64,000 nt of DNA from Octopus bimaculoides. Its lineage: Eukaryota. The notes under the pieces were generated by a model. That model ran no database searches, was not told the DNA's origin, and saw nothing but the letters and a program-made list of their open reading frames with translations. Below, piece after piece: positions 1 to 13,002 of the stretch (within the stretch, counting starts at the first letter, position 1; each line of letters begins with the position of its first letter). The translations under genes and the position numbers were made by a program. Where the stretch lies: NCBI RefSeq assembly GCF_001194135.2, contig NC_068985.1:44269697-44333696 (forward strand), in the 5' to 3' direction.

Positions 1-654
1 TAAAGCTGAATGCTACAAAATGCGTTACATTAATAATAGATGTAAGTTCCTTGAAAAGCTTATTGTCCAATATAGCGAAATATGTTATATTGTTACATTT
101 TCTAGTAAATATCAATAAAGAGAGCACTTAACTGATTAAACTAATCACCATAGCAACAGACTCAAACATACTCACACTCTTTCTCACGCACACACACGTT
201 CAAATTATTAGACAGTCATTGATTTGTGCTTACAATTACATACACATACAAAGTGATATATGAGTGCAATATTGCATATACTATTGTGAGCACAAGAATG
301 GTTTCAGTTGTTATACACATGCATCCATGCAGTATCACACATATACACACAAGGGTGATGTGTAAATAGTTAATCATAGATGTATACACAACATGTAGTC
401 ATATGCATATACACACTGATATTTCAAAATAAATAACAATACAGACCAATAGGACCCATGAAAATTCTACATTTTATAAATTCTGATATTTCTGTTTTCA
501 ATGCCAAAATTAATAGATTTTCATAACATTGATTCATTATGATAAGAATCATGATTATATCTTTAATTCTGTTCTGTAGTTGTTTAAAGTGTTGTTTAAA
601 GTGTAACATGCAAATGTACAAACATAGAAATAAATACAATAACTCATGGTCAAT

Positions 655-859
655 GCCAGTGCTGCCTGACTGGCTCCCATGCCAGTGTCACGTAAAAAGC
701 ACCCACTACACCCTTGGAGTGGTTGGCATTAGGAAAGGCATCCAGCTGTAGAAACCTTGCCAAATCAGATTGGAGCCTGGTGCAGCCTACTGGCTTGCCA
801 GTCCTCAGTCAAATCATCCAACTCATGCCAGCATGGAAAACAGGCATATGATGATGATG
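655..859 (+). mobile_element. RTE-LINE 3'UTR fragment (family A)
   Basis: Shared AAAAGCACCCACTACAC..GAGTGGTTGGCATTAGGAAAGGCATCCAGCTGTAGAAAC core ending in a (GAT)n tail. Confidence 0.8.
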
Positions 860-879
860 TGTATACATATTTGAAAGCA

Positions 880-1170
880 CATTGGACTAGTGGTGAGGGT
901 GTTGCACTGACAACCATAAAGTTGTGGTCTTAATTTTTAGACTAGGCGATGTGTTGTGTTCTTGAGCAAAACGCTTCATTTGATGTTGCTCCAGTTCACT
1001 CAGCTGTAAATGATTTCCAACAATAGTTGGGATGTTAACCCTATGATGGACTGGCATCCTGTTCAAAGAACAATCTTGTAAACTTGGTCACTTACATGCA
1101 ATGGGAACTGGATTAAGCTTCAGCCTGACGAATACGAGGGATCAGGACAGATTGAAGCCTAAATCTAAGT
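880..1170 (+). mobile_element. Old tRNA-derived SINE (family E; CORE/V-like central part)
   Basis: A-box-like TAGTGG head, TGTGTTCTTGAGCAAAAC CORE-like block, GATGGACTGGCATCCTGT V-like block; homologous to 35238-35465 and 21120-21235. Confidence 0.55.
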
Positions 1171-1479
1171 ATGTATATATTCTTTTATTTGTTTCAGTCA
1201 TTTGACTGCAGCCATGCAGTCTGTTTTGTTATATATATATACATACATATATGCACCTTTAAGTTTATCTCTCTAGATTTTCTACAGAGTTGAGAACGAG
1301 CACTGGAAATTATTTTTCATAAATGAATATGGCTGTATAAACAATGCAATCGAAGATAGAAAAAAGAGCTAACTATCCACAAATACATAACTTCAGTTGT
1401 TTAAATACTCACTAAGCTTAGTGGTTTAACACAATTGTATAGACCAATTTATATATTAATCACATGCACAAGTGTGTGC

Positions 1480-1765
1480 AAAGACCTATGTTGTGTGTCA
1501 CCTCAGGTCAACACTGATCAAAGACAAATGATTAGAGCCAAAGCCTCAAGTAAGCCTAATTAAAGAGAACTATGGTCAGAGGCATTCCAGCCATGACCAT
1601 TCTAAATTTTACCTATGAGCAGAGCAGAGAACTCAGAACCATATTATCCAATCCGATGTGTTCTTTTACCTTTTAAGAAGGTAGGGTGTAATTTTGAAGG
1701 TGATTTAGCTGCTGTTTCTAGCAGATTGAGTGACCATGCAGAGGTTCCCTCATTTACTCATCCTT
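1480..1765 (-). mobile_element. Old SINE with Nin/Deu-like domain
   Basis: Reverse complement has CTGCTAGAAACAGCAGCTAAATCACCTTCAAAATTACACC, homologous to 46890-47095 and 62060-62270. Confidence 0.55.
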
Positions 1766-2384
1766 TTTGCACAGCCATTTTGGTACCCCTATTTGGCTTC
1801 ACTGATTCAATGACTTATTTGAAATCAGATGATTTAATGCTTCTCTTCTCTTCCCTCCATCCCTCTCTCTCTCTGTATGTATGCATGTATGTGAGAATAT
1901 TTTTTAATGTTTTTGAGAAGGAAAATGTTTATGTTGTGTTCAATTAATAAGTTGTAATTTCTCCCTCTCTCTCCCACAATTCCTATCTGTATGCATATAT
2001 TTCTGTGTGCACCTGCAGGTGTGTGTGTGTGTGAGTGAGTTTGCCTCCAGTGCCAAACAAGCCTGTTGCTAAAACAGGTCCAAACAACCCTGCCCAATCA
2101 TCTCATTCTACTCTCTTGATGAAAAACATTGCAGTAGGAGACATGGAGGAAATGGCTAATAATGTACAGACATGCATGTGCCACACATATGCAGATAAAT
2201 GTGCACTGCATTCACACACATGGACGTATGGATACACATATATCTACAGAAACACGAGCACCATATACATAGGCATATACACCACAAATGCATGTATGTG
2301 CCAACACAAATACACAGGCTAAAAAACTTTAAGATATGTGCATACATGCTCACAAATATGCAAACATGCACCAAATGCATAAAT

Positions 2385-2745
2385 ACATGTTGGGCCTCAT
2401 GGAGTCAATGACCGAGACCTTTGGCATTATGTCGTGCTTGAGAAGAAGACCCATCAAGCCAAGCAAAATCGCAGTCGTGGCAGATACTGGTGTCATGCAT
2501 ATTGGCACCCGTGCCTGTGGCACATAAAAGCACCCCGGTGTCATGCAAATGGCACCCATGCCGGTTGCATGTAAAAGCACCCATTGCACTCTTGGAGTGG
2601 TTGGCGTTAGGAAGGGGATCTAACCATAAAAAAATCATGCCAAATAAGACTTGAGTCTGGTGCAGTCATTGAGTGTGCCAGCCTGGTCAAACCGTCTAAT
2701 CCATGCTAAAATGGACAATGGATGTTAAATGATGATGATGATGCA
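2385..2745 (+). mobile_element. RTE-LINE ORF end plus 3'UTR (family A)
   Basis: Begins with sequence homologous to the ORF terminus at 30400-30478; hairpin repeat units; (GAT)n tail. Confidence 0.75.
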
Positions 2746-2784
2746 CGCACATAAAAAGCTGCTGCTGTGCAAATGCATCCGTGC

Positions 2785-2995
2785 CAGTGCTGTGTAATCA
2801 CACCAGTGCTGGTGGCATGTAAAATTCACCCAGCACACTCTGTTAAGTTGTTAACATTAGGAAGGGCATCTAGCTGTAGAAACCATGCCACAACAGACAA
2901 TCGGAGTCTAGACAGCTCCCAGCTGGACAGCCTCATATCCAACCCCTGCTAGCATGGAAAGCAGACGTTAAACGATGATGATGAAGATGATGATG
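2785..2995 (+). mobile_element. RTE-LINE 3'UTR fragment (family A)
   Basis: AGGAAGGGCATC..GCTAGCATGGAAAGCAGACGTTAAACGATGATG. Confidence 0.75.
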
Positions 2996-3480
2996 ACACA
3001 TATATTCACAAACAGACATAGACAGTTGCATACATACATGCATAGACACATTTTTACTCATACATACATACACACCTACAGAAACAAAAGCACCAGATAC
3101 ACACAGACATACAATGAGACACAACACACAAGCCATAAATGTGCATACATATCAACACATGTAGTCATGCATCAAATACATAGATATATAAGCACACGCA
3201 CATTCACAAACATACATAGGGACATGCACACATACACACATGCATAGAGACATTTGTGTATATACAGACACATGTATACATTCAAACACATGTGCATACA
3301 TATTCAAATAGAGACATAATTGCACACATAGCCGCATAACATAGAGACATTTATATATATACAGACACATGCACATATAGCATAGAGACATTTGCATATA
3401 TACAGACACATGCATACATTCAGACACATGTGCATACATACTCAAATGGATACATAATTGCACATATAGCCGCATATAAA
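2996..3480. repeat. Degenerate CA/CATA microsatellite with ~137-nt higher-order duplication
   Basis: TAGAGACATTTG..ATAATTGCACA.ATAGCCGCATA occurs at ~3245-3335 and ~3382-3475. Confidence 0.7.
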
Positions 3481-3811
3481 TACCAAACCAACTGGCTATA
3501 AACACTTCAAGAATTGAGTGAATGGATTAATTTAAAGCAATAAAGTAGAGCGTTTAGATATGATAAAGGAAGAATAATGAGAAATTTAAGAAGAGCAGCA
3601 AAAAATCTGCCACAACGAAACATAAATGAAAACCAATTTTATTTAAGAATTTAAGACTTAATAGGCCCTAATTGCAAATAATTGTAGTTTTAAAATGTGT
3701 TTTCTCTTCACACTTCATTGTTTATAAAAACACTTCAGATATTTCAAGCAATCAGGCTGAAGAGAAATTACTTGTTATTGTTGTTGTTGCTGTTATTATT
3801 ATTATTATTGA

Positions 3812-4040
3812 GGAGGCAGTGAGCTGGCAGAATTGTTAGCATGCCGGACGAAATGCTTAGCAGTATTTCACCTGCTGGCTATGTTCTGAGTTCAAATCCC
3901 ACTGAGGTTGACTTTGCCTTTCATCCTTTCAGGGTCAATAAATTAAGTACCAGTGAAACATTGGGGTCAATGTATTCAACTAGTCCCCCTCCCACCAAAC
4001 TTTAGGCCTTGTGCCTTTGTTAAAAAGGATTATTATTATT
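3812..4040 (+). mobile_element. tRNA-derived SINE (family B) in a (TTA)n tract
   Basis: GAGCTGGCAGAA A-box-like head, GAGTTCAAATCC B-box, GCCTTTCATCCTTTC..AAGTACCAG central domain (Meta/MESC-like), AAGGATTATTATT tail; a degenerate second copy follows at 4045-4250. Confidence 0.8.
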
Positions 4041-4289
4041 ACTGAGAAGGTGGTGAACTGGTTCAATTGTTTGAGTATCAGAAAGAATGCTTTGCAGTAT
4101 TTGTTGTGGTTCTTAACATTCTGAGTTCAAATTCTGTTGAGGTCAAGTTTGTTTTTCATCCTTTTGGGATTGGTATGATAAAGTGCCGGTTAAATACAAG
4201 GGTTGAAAGTATCGGTTAACCCTCTCCCTTAAATGTCAGAAACAATTAGCATTGCTGTTTTTGTTATCATTTTATAATAATAATAATAA

Positions 4290-4420
4290 TAATTGTTTAA
4301 CGTCCGCTTTCAATGCTAGCACGGGTTGGACGATTTGACAGAGGACTGGTGAACCAGATGGCTACACCAAGCTCCAATCTGATTTGGCAGAGTTTCTACA
4401 GCTGGATGCCCTTCCTAACA
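4290..4420 (-). mobile_element. RTE-LINE 3'UTR fragment (family A)
   Basis: Reverse complement of the family A 3' end. Confidence 0.8.
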
Positions 4421-4422
4421 CC

Positions 4423-4423
<1 letters not shown>

Positions 4424-4456
<33 letters not shown>

Positions 4457-4497
4457 GAAGAAGAAGAAGAAGAAGAAGAAGAAAAAGAAGAAGAGGA
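4424..4497. repeat. Compound (AAT)n-(AAG)n microsatellite
   Basis: Direct reading. Confidence 0.95.
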
Positions 4498-4588
4498 ATT
4501 CTTTGTACTAAAGGCACAAGGTCTGAAATTTGTGGGGAGGGGGCTAGTTGATTACATTGACCCCAGTGTTTCAATGTACTTAATTTAT
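4498..4588 (-). mobile_element. Family B SINE 3' part, cut by an assembly gap
   Basis: AAAGGCACAAGGTCTGAAATTTGTGGGGAGGGG matches the reverse complement of the family B tail. Confidence 0.7.
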
Positions 4589-5045
4589 NNNNNNNNNNNN
4601 NNNNNNNNNNNNNNNNNNNNNNNNNNNNNNNNNNNNNNNNNNNNNNNNNNNNNNNNNNNNNNNNNNNNNNNNNNNNNNNNNNNNNNNNNNNNNNNNNNNN
4701 NNNNNNNNNNNNNNNNNNNNNNNNNNNNNNNNNNNNNNNNNNNNNNNNNNNNNNNNNNNNNNNNNNNNNNNNNNNNNNNNNNNNNNNNNNNNNNNNNNNN
4801 NNNNNNNNNNNNNNNNNNNNNNNNNNNNNNNNNNNNNNNNNNNNNNNNNNNNNNNNNNNNNNNNNNNNNNNNNNNNNNNNNNNNNNNNNNNNNNNNNNNN
4901 NNNNNNNNNNNNNNNNNNNNNNNNNNNNNNNNNNNNNNNNNNNNNNNNNNNNNNNNNNNNNNNNNNNNNNNNNNNNNNNNNNNNNNNNNNNNNNNNNNNN
5001 NNNNNNNNNNNNNNNNNNNNNNNNNNNNNNNNNNNNNNNNNNNNN
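4589..5045. other. Assembly gap (other N runs at 9568, 12071, 14837-14919, 18262-18437, 30205-30289, 34195-34830, 55518, 55929)
   Basis: N runs, mostly next to microsatellites or tandem repeats. Confidence 1.
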
Positions 5046-5102
<57 letters not shown>

Positions 5103-5109
5103 AAATGAA

Positions 5110-5425
5110 TGAGAGAAATGAAAAATGGAGTTCACAAGAATCTTTATTCATCACAACGATTATTTCGACCCATCTTGCATCAGTCCCTTGTGGGTGGGGT
5201 ATTGTAGAACTTGTGTTGCATCCTCCAGTGCAGATACATCTTGTCAGGTGTCTTGTTTTAAAGAAGATACCTTGCTCAATATACTCGGTTTTGCTTGGTT
5301 TGATTATACGACATGTTGTTGCCAATAGGTATTATAGCCAACAACCTTGTGAACTCCATTTTCCATTTCCCATATCCATTATAAACACAATGAACACTTC
5401 AGAATTCCTGAAGTTGATCCAGTTA
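5110..5425 (-). mobile_element. Possible Penelope-like 3' remnant with an inverted terminal segment
   Basis: Inverted ~24-nt GAAATG.AAAATGGAGTTCACAAG ends; decayed hammerhead-like GTC-GAAA-TAATCGT followed by AATAAAG. Confidence 0.3.
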
Positions 5426-6560
5426 CATTATCATCATTGTCATAACGTCTACTTTCCATGCGGGAATGGGCTGGATGTTTGACAGAGAATTGGCGAAACT
5501 GGGAGGCTGCACCAGGCTCCAATCTGATTTGGCAAGGTTTCTACAGCTGGATGCCCTTCATAATGCCAACCACTCCAAGAGTGTAGTGGGTGCCTTTTAT
5601 GTGTCACCGGCACAGGAGCCAGTCAGGTGGCACTGGCATTGACCACACTTGAATGGTGCTTTTTACGTGCCACCAGCACAGGTGCCAGTCTAGCGGCACT
5701 GACACCGGCCATGCTTGAATGGTGCTTTCTATGTGTCACTGGCATGGGAACCAGTCAGGTGGAACTAGCATTGGTCATACATGAATGGCGCTTTTTACAT
5801 GTGACTGGCACAGGTGTCAGTCAGACGACACTGGCATTAGCCATGCGTACCAGTTTGGCAGCACAGGCATTGGCCACGACTATGATTCCACTTGGTTCAA
5901 CAGGTTTTCAAAAGCATGACATATTGCCTGATGATTGAAGGGTGCTTTTAAATAGGCCAGTTATGTGACACTAGCATTGGTCACAGCTACGATTTCACTT
6001 GACTTGCTGAGTCTTCTCAAGCACAGTATATCTCCAAAGGTCTCAATCACTTGTCATTGCCTCTGTGAGGACCAATGTTCGAAGGTCATGCTTTACCACC
6101 TCATCCCATGTCTTCCTGGGTCTACCTCTTCCACAGGTTCCTTCCACTGTTAGGGTGTGACACTCCTTCACACAGCTGTCCTCATCCATATGCAACACAT
6201 GACCATACCAGCGCAGTCGTCTCTCTTGCACACCACATCTCATGCTTCTTATGGTCAACTTTTCACTCAGGGTGCTTACACTCTGTCATGTAAGCACACT
6301 GACATTACACATCCAGCGGAGTATACCAGCTTCATTTCTTTCAAGCCTATGCATATCCTCACCAGACACAACCTGTGTTTCACTGCCGTGTAGCATGGCT
6401 GTTCTCACACCAGCATCATAAAGTCTACCTTTCACTCTAAGCGAGAGGCCCTTTGTTACCAGCTGAAGTAGGAGCTTACTGAACTTTGCCCAAGCTATTC
6501 TTATTGTAGCAGCTACGCTCTCAGAGCATCCACCCCCACTACCGACTAGGTAACAGAAGC
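5425..6560 (-). mobile_element. RTE-clade LINE 3' ~1.1 kb (RT C-terminus plus 3'UTR), decayed
   Basis: Minus-strand peptide ..[65 protein letters not shown], followed directly by hairpin repeats and the family A end; this links family A to the LINE. Confidence 0.9.
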
Positions 6561-6589
6561 TACCAATTATTTCTATTTTTTCCCTCTGG

Positions 6590-6593
6590 TATG

Positions 6594-6674
<81 letters not shown>

Positions 6675-6766
6675 ATCGTGAAGTATATTTGCCACATAAA
6701 TATGGGTGATCCATACATACATATATATATGTGTGTGTGTGTATATATTTATGTGTGTGTGTGTAC

Positions 6767-6820
<54 letters not shown>

Positions 6821-6830
6821 ATATTTACAA
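6590..6830. repeat. (TA)n/(TG)n microsatellite at the internal array of a family C SINE
   Basis: Direct reading. Confidence 0.9.
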
Positions 6831-6832
6831 CA

Positions 6833-6992
6833 CCTTCTTTCAGTTTCTGTCTGCCAATGCCAAACCCACTCACATGGCTTTGGTCAGCCCGGGAGTATAG
6901 TAGAAGATATTTGTTGTCCAAGGTGCCACATAGCGGGACTGAATCCCAAACCATGTGACTGGGAAGTAGGCTTCTTACCGTACAGCCACACC
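6833..6992 (-). mobile_element. Family C tRNA/CORE-like SINE, 5' half
   Basis: Reverse complement GGCTGTACGGTAAGAAG..GGGATTCAGTCCC..GGCACCTTGGACAAC..GAAACTGAAAGAAG. Confidence 0.75.
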
Positions 6993-7037
6993 TATATAAT
7001 GTTTGCACATGTATGCATGAACACACACACACACACA

Positions 7038-7078
<41 letters not shown>

Positions 7079-7419
7079 CACACTTATGACTCAATGTGCG
7101 TTTGTACATTAGCAGCATATATAAACAACTGCATAGTTTATATTTTTAAAGGGGCAGAGTTTGATGAAGAGATTAAAGCAAAACTATAAATAACTCTTCA
7201 ACAGCAAAATAAAAAATAAACTATAAACAAACAACAACAACAACAACAATCCCCCTTCTCCTCCACTACCTCTTGTTATCATTCTAGTTTTCTGTCAATG
7301 TTTGTTTAAACTGTAATCTATCTATCTAACATGGCCACAACATCTCTGTGTGTGATACTGGTTTGGTGGGAGATCGGGACAAAATGTTGAGAACATAGCA
7401 TAGATTATAGGGCTTGTGC

Positions 7420-7474
<55 letters not shown>

Positions 7475-8225
7475 AATAGTAGCAAAAATAGTTTTTGTTG
7501 AAATAGTACATGTAGCAAAGGTATATTTTGTGTCAGTAATATTAGTATTAGTAGTAGTAAAAATAGTTTTTGCAGTGGTAATAATAACAGTAGAGGCTGT
7601 AAGCTGGCAGAATTGTTAGTACGCTGGGCCAAACGCTTAGCAGCATTTTCGTCCGGTTCTATGTTCTGAGTTCAAGTTTTTCCAAGGTTGACTTTGCCTT
7701 TCATCCTTTTGGGGGTTAATGGAGTAAAGTACCAGTAGTAGTAGTAATAATCCTTTGCCCATGTAGCAAATAAATGAAATCATCATTATTATTATTATTA
7801 TTATTATTAGTAGTAGTAGTAGTAAGGTGGTGAGCTGGCAGAATCATTAGCATGCTGGCGAGCTTGGCATAAGGCCGTGAGCTGGCAGAAACATTAGTAC
7901 GTCGGGCGAAATGCTTAGCAGTATTTTCGTCTGCCGTTACGTTCTGAGTTCAAATTCCGCCGAGGTCGACTTTGCCTTTCATCCTTTCGGGGGTCGATAA
8001 ATTAAGTACCAGTGAAATACTGGGGTTGATGTAATGAACTAGTCCCCTCCCCCAAAATTTCAGGTCTTGTGCTTTTAACAGAAAGGATTATTATTATTAT
8101 TAGTAGTAGTAGTAAAAATAATTTTTGTAGTGGTAATAGTAGTAGTAGTAGCAAAAGCAGTAATCTCTGTTGCAGTAGTATTAGTAGGAAAATTAGATTT
8201 TGTAGTGGTTGTAGTAGTAGCATTA
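7420..8225 (+). mobile_element. Cluster of family B SINEs (7592-7740, 7825-7860 partial, 7872-8100 young) in (TAG)n/(TAT)n tracts
   Basis: The 7872 copy keeps many CpGs and intact GTTCAAATTCC; head-to-tail arrangement. Confidence 0.85.
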
Positions 8226-8401
8226 GTAGATGTTTGACTGTAGTCCCCCTCCAACTTTTAGTCCATGCAATTGAAAAAATCACATTATTTATGGGATGAC
8301 CCATTCATGAATGCACATATGTATATATGTTTGTGTGTGTGCATGTGCTTTGTTGCTTATGGTTGTCCATCAAATTTGATGATGACCGCTTTCATTTGCA
8401 G

Positions 8402-8457
8402 ATCTTTTGATGACTGTACTTCTTAAAGAGCAGCAGCAACAGAAGACACTGAGGAAA
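8402..8457 (+). CDS. Candidate internal exon (D)LLMTVLLKEQQQQKTLRK
   Basis: TTTCATTTGCAG acceptor, GTAAAG donor, open in phase 1-0; no recognisable homology. Confidence 0.25.
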
Positions 8458-8599
8458 GTAAAGAATCTTAACTACTAGTATACATTGATGGCTACACCTA
8501 TTGTGTGTCCCACACAAGAAACATAGCATAAATGTAGCCTAAATGCTGCACCTAAAGTGTAAATTACAAAAGTGGTAATATTTCAATTGACCATTGTAA

Positions 8600-9060
8600 T
8601 GACCAAACCTAAGATTTATGATTCATGATCTACACTACAAGAAAAGATACAAGCACAACAAATTATTATATTGCCACAAGAGGTTTGCATATATCATTAT
8701 CTTCATTGGAAACGGAGGTAAATCCAATGATAAGATGGCTGGAATTACCTCCCAGTTGGAAATCCAACACCTGAAGGTTGACTGCCACAGGCTGCTTTTC
8801 TTGGCCATAGAGCAGCAGGGCAGGGCACATTGTTCACGTCACCACCACAGCCAAAGAGTCTTACCTATCCTGCAAATTAACGAGGAGTCCATTACTCCCA
8901 AAATGATCTTACAGTGCACTCCTTCACCATCTCAAGTATTTCTTTGTTTATGTGTAGTGTTACTAGATATACCTTGATGCCATGCTGGGTTTATCCATCC
9001 TTTTGATGAGTCTTATTTTTAATCTGCTGGATTTCTAGCAACTGTGCTTACGGAAGTAGT
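8600..9060 (-). mobile_element. Highly decayed LINE RT remnant (RTE-like)
   Basis: Frameshifted KEILEMVKE..LGS and MCPALLLYGQE, resembling the RTE E.V..F.YLGS and P.LLYG.E motifs. Confidence 0.3.
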
Positions 9061-9525
9061 TTAACAAAGGCATAATTTTGTTAGTTGCCTATGAACTTAC
9101 AATGTATGTATGTATGTATGTATGCACGTGCACGTGTGTGTGTGTGAGTGAGTGAGTGTGTGTGTGAGTGAGTGAGTGTGTATGAGTGAGTGTGTGTGTG
9201 AGTGAGTGAATGAGTGAGTGAGTATGTGTGTGAGTGAGTGAGTGTGTGTGTTGTCTATGTCATGTAAATACATCTATGTGTATGTGCACATAAGTGTGAA
9301 GATAAATATATTCAAATGTGTGTGTGTGTGTGTGTGCAAGTATGTGCACATATAATTATGTATGTGTATGTACATATAGGAATATGGGTTTCATGGATAT
9401 AAATATATATATATGTCCATCTATGTACATACGTATTTCATTTGCATAATGATCAAAAATGTGCAACTATACAAATCAACTTGCATGTTTTATGTGCATC
9501 CCTATGCATATGAGTGTGTGATTTA

Positions 9526-9567
<42 letters not shown>

Positions 9568-9577
9568 NNNNNNNNNN

Positions 9578-9622
<45 letters not shown>

Positions 9623-9629
9623 CTACTGT

Positions 9630-9772
9630 TCCTGTCAACTAATTTCTACCGATAGGGTATTGGTCAACCTGAGGCCACAGTGGAAGCCACTTACACAAGT
9701 TGCCACATGGTGGATCTGAACCTGAAGTCATGTGGCTGAGAAGCAAGCTTTCTTAACCACACAGCCATGCTT
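9630..9772 (-). mobile_element. Family C SINE, 5' half
   Basis: Reverse complement GCATGGCTGTGTGGTTAAGAAAG..; followed by (CA)n. Confidence 0.7.
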
Positions 9773-9975
9773 GCTCACACAAGAACATTAAACAGCCATG
9801 TAGGTATATAAAATGTGCATGTGTATCTAATGAAGTACGAGCAGAAGCAAAAAAGAGGAAGTGAAGAGGTTTTATTTGATAAAAGAATATATTATAAACA
9901 TTATCAATCCAAGGTGTCATATCTATTTTATGTTTTTTCCTTCATAAAAATGTCCGTATATATGTGTGTGTATGT

Positions 9976-10009
<34 letters not shown>

Positions 10010-11342
10010 CGGGGAGGAGGTAGTATATAACATTTATTAGTCAGAGGCCTGAAAATAAAAAATGATAGGGAAACATATATTTGGTATGGGGGAGGGGGAA
10101 GAAAGGTGTGCGGAGAGGGAGATGGAATGGAGAGTGGAAGGGTGGATGGAAGCAAAGAAACCTTATAATGTTAAAAGATTTTCTTCTATCTTGGACTGTT
10201 GCAGAGGAAGAAGGATGGCGGGGTGCAGCAGCATGGTGTAGACACTTATTGCTGTAAAGGGCTGGTTTATGAGAGTAAGGCAGGCAGGGGGTGATGATGG
10301 CAACGGTGGTAGTAGTGGTATAGGGAGAGTAATGGTGGAAAGCTGATAGTCTCAGGTAAATTGGTGAAGTCTCAAAGGAACTCAGCAGACAGGTATCAAT
10401 GTTAAGAAGTAATTAATTTGATTGGATTTGTTTTTAATTTTCAATGCATGATTTTATTTTATCTGTTCAACATGTTTTTAATGAAAATTCTCTAATGAAA
10501 AACATTTGGAAAGGTAGAATAAATTGGTATTATATGTACATGTATACATACACACACAAACTCTTACACAAATACAAGCATACATATAAACATATTCACA
10601 CACACACGCACACACATATATATCATGCATACATACCTATACACACATACAAGGGCTAACTATAGTTTACAATATTTAGTTACACAAACATTCATACACA
10701 CTTAAAAATAAAAAGAAATAAGTATATAAAATTTTTTTTTTAAATGAACAAAATAAAATAATTTTTAAAAAAATAAACAAATAAAATAAATTTTTCCTAA
10801 AATCACCAGGTCAAAATTTGGTTTTCTATTGCTTCTCAGTAAGGAATTAGGTGAAGTCTGATAAGATTTTTATAGGCAAAGGTTGGGTTGGGTGGTGTCA
10901 GTAAATAATATATTGCTATCAAGGATGGGACTGTCTGGAAAAAAACGCCAATGCAGGGAGAGGAAGGGATCATGTGGAGACTATATATAATAAATATACA
11001 CTATATGATGTATAATATATAATGTAGGTATGTATAACATAGATTTATTACTCACACAGGTATAAGTGCTGGTACCTATGACTCTTTTCAAGATGTCTGA
11101 GATTAGTGGGAAAAAAATTATCCTCAAACCAGAGACCTAATTTAAATGCTTGCAACCGAGTGGATTCTGCTAAATGCACACAAGAACTAGCTGGTGGTGC
11201 TAAACCAGGAGCCGAGTTAAGTTTACACATCTTGGGATGAAATGTAAAATTGATCTCAACAGCATTTAAACACACAACATACAGAGCTGGAAGAAATACT
11301 GCAAGATATTTCTTTTGAGGTTTTAATATTACCAGCTATAAT

Positions 11343-11790
11343 GATGATGATGATAATCATCATCATCGTTTAACGTCCGCTTTCCATGCTAGCATGGGTT
11401 GGACAATTTGACTGAGGACTGGCGAACCAGATGGCTGCACCAGGCTCCAATCTGATCTGGCAGAGTTTCTACAGCTGGATGCCCTTCCTAATGCCAACCA
11501 CTCCGAGAGTGTAGTGGGTGCTTTTACGTGCCACTGGCACGAGGGCCAGTCAGGCGGTACTGGCAATGGCCATGCTCAAATAGTGTTTTTTACATGCCAC
11601 TTGCACAGGAGCCAGTCCAGTGGCACTGGCAACAACCTTGCTCGAATGTTTTTTCATGTGCCACTGGCACAAGTACCAGTAAGGCGACGTTGGTAACGAT
11701 CACGTTCAAATGGTGCTTTTTACGTGCCACCAGCACAGAGGACACACAGCTGCCCTGGCAATGATCACACTCGGATGGTGCTCTTAAGGA
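11343..11790 (-). mobile_element. RTE-LINE 3'UTR with 4-5 hairpin repeat units (young family A)
   Basis: Near-identical to 29713-30005 and 30640-31055. Confidence 0.9.
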
Positions 11791-11890
11791 TGAAAGGCAA
11801 AGTCAACCTTGGGGGAGTTTGAACTGAGAACAGATAAACTACTGCTAAGCATTTTGCCTGGCATGCTGATGATTTTGCCAGCTTGCTGCT

Positions 11891-11928
<38 letters not shown>

Positions 11929-12019
11929 AATACTAATAATAATAATAATAATGAAAATAATGATAAGAAGAATAAAAAAAAAATAACAACAATAATAAAG
12001 ATTACAATAATGATAATAA

Positions 12020-12285
12020 TTGCCCTCATGCAATACCAGGCGGTGGCTCTCATGGCTTCTGATCTTAACTNNNNNNNNNNGGGGGGGGGGAGAAGCATAG
12101 CCATGTGTTGTGAGGAATTCTTTGGGGTTTGAATAATTCACTTCTGGAAACATGGGTATTTCATTCAACATCCTTAAACACCATTATTGAGGGACCTTGC
12201 TCAACACCACAGATTTGCTTGTCACTTGTTTGACCTTAACTAGTTGAGCATGTCCCTTAGGGGAACATGCTCAACTAGTTAAGGT
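12020..12285. mobile_element. Family D element, rearranged, ending in a fold-back
   Basis: GCCCTCATGCAATACCAGGC start shared with 13811 and 41197; internal blocks are out of order. Confidence 0.7.
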
Positions 12286-12484
12286 AACTTGAAATCCCAT
12301 GCAAGATTGATGTCTTGCAAAAAGCAGCCTAATTGGGCACAGCACACATCTTAAGGAGAGTATTATCTGTCTGAGGTCCTTGTTGTGACTTGACAGATGA
12401 CTAAAGACTCTGGTGCTTTTTTACCCACACTGTGTTTTGAAGGAATAATAACAATAATAATAATTATGATAATAATGATAATAA

Positions 12485-12735
12485 TAATCCTTTCTACTAA
12501 AGGCACAAGGCCTGAAATTTTGGGGGAGAGGACTAGTCAGTTACATCAACCAGTGTTTCACTGGTACTTAATTCATTGATCCTGAAAGGATAACAACAAC
12601 AACCCTTTCTACAATAGGTACAAGGCATGAAATTTGTTGGGAGAGGACTAGTTGATTATATTGACCCCCTTTGCTTGAGTGGTACTTATTTTATTAAACC
12701 TGTAAGGATGAAAGGCAAAGTTGACTTTGGTGGCT
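12485..12735 (-). mobile_element. Two tandem family B SINE 3' parts
   Basis: AATCCTTTCTACTAAAGGCACAAGG.. seen twice, next to (AAT)n/(AAC)n. Confidence 0.7.
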
Positions 12736-12739
12736 CAAT

Positions 12740-12955
12740 ATTCTTTTGTTTCAGTCATTTGTCTGCAGTCATGCTGGAGCACCACCTTTAGTCGAATAAA
12801 TCGACCCCAGGACTTATTCTTTGTAAGCCTAGTACTTATTCTATCTGTCTCTTTTTGCTGAACCGCTAAGTGACAGGGATGTAAACACACCAACATCGAT
12901 TGTCAAGCAATGGCGGGGAGGGGGGACAGAAAACACAGACACAAACAACAAACAC

Positions 12956-13002
<47 letters not shown>

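Noticed and set aside
4362-5482. Long ORFs in the track spanning N runs (also 18150-18695 and 34028-35127)
   Set aside because: Artefacts of translating gaps
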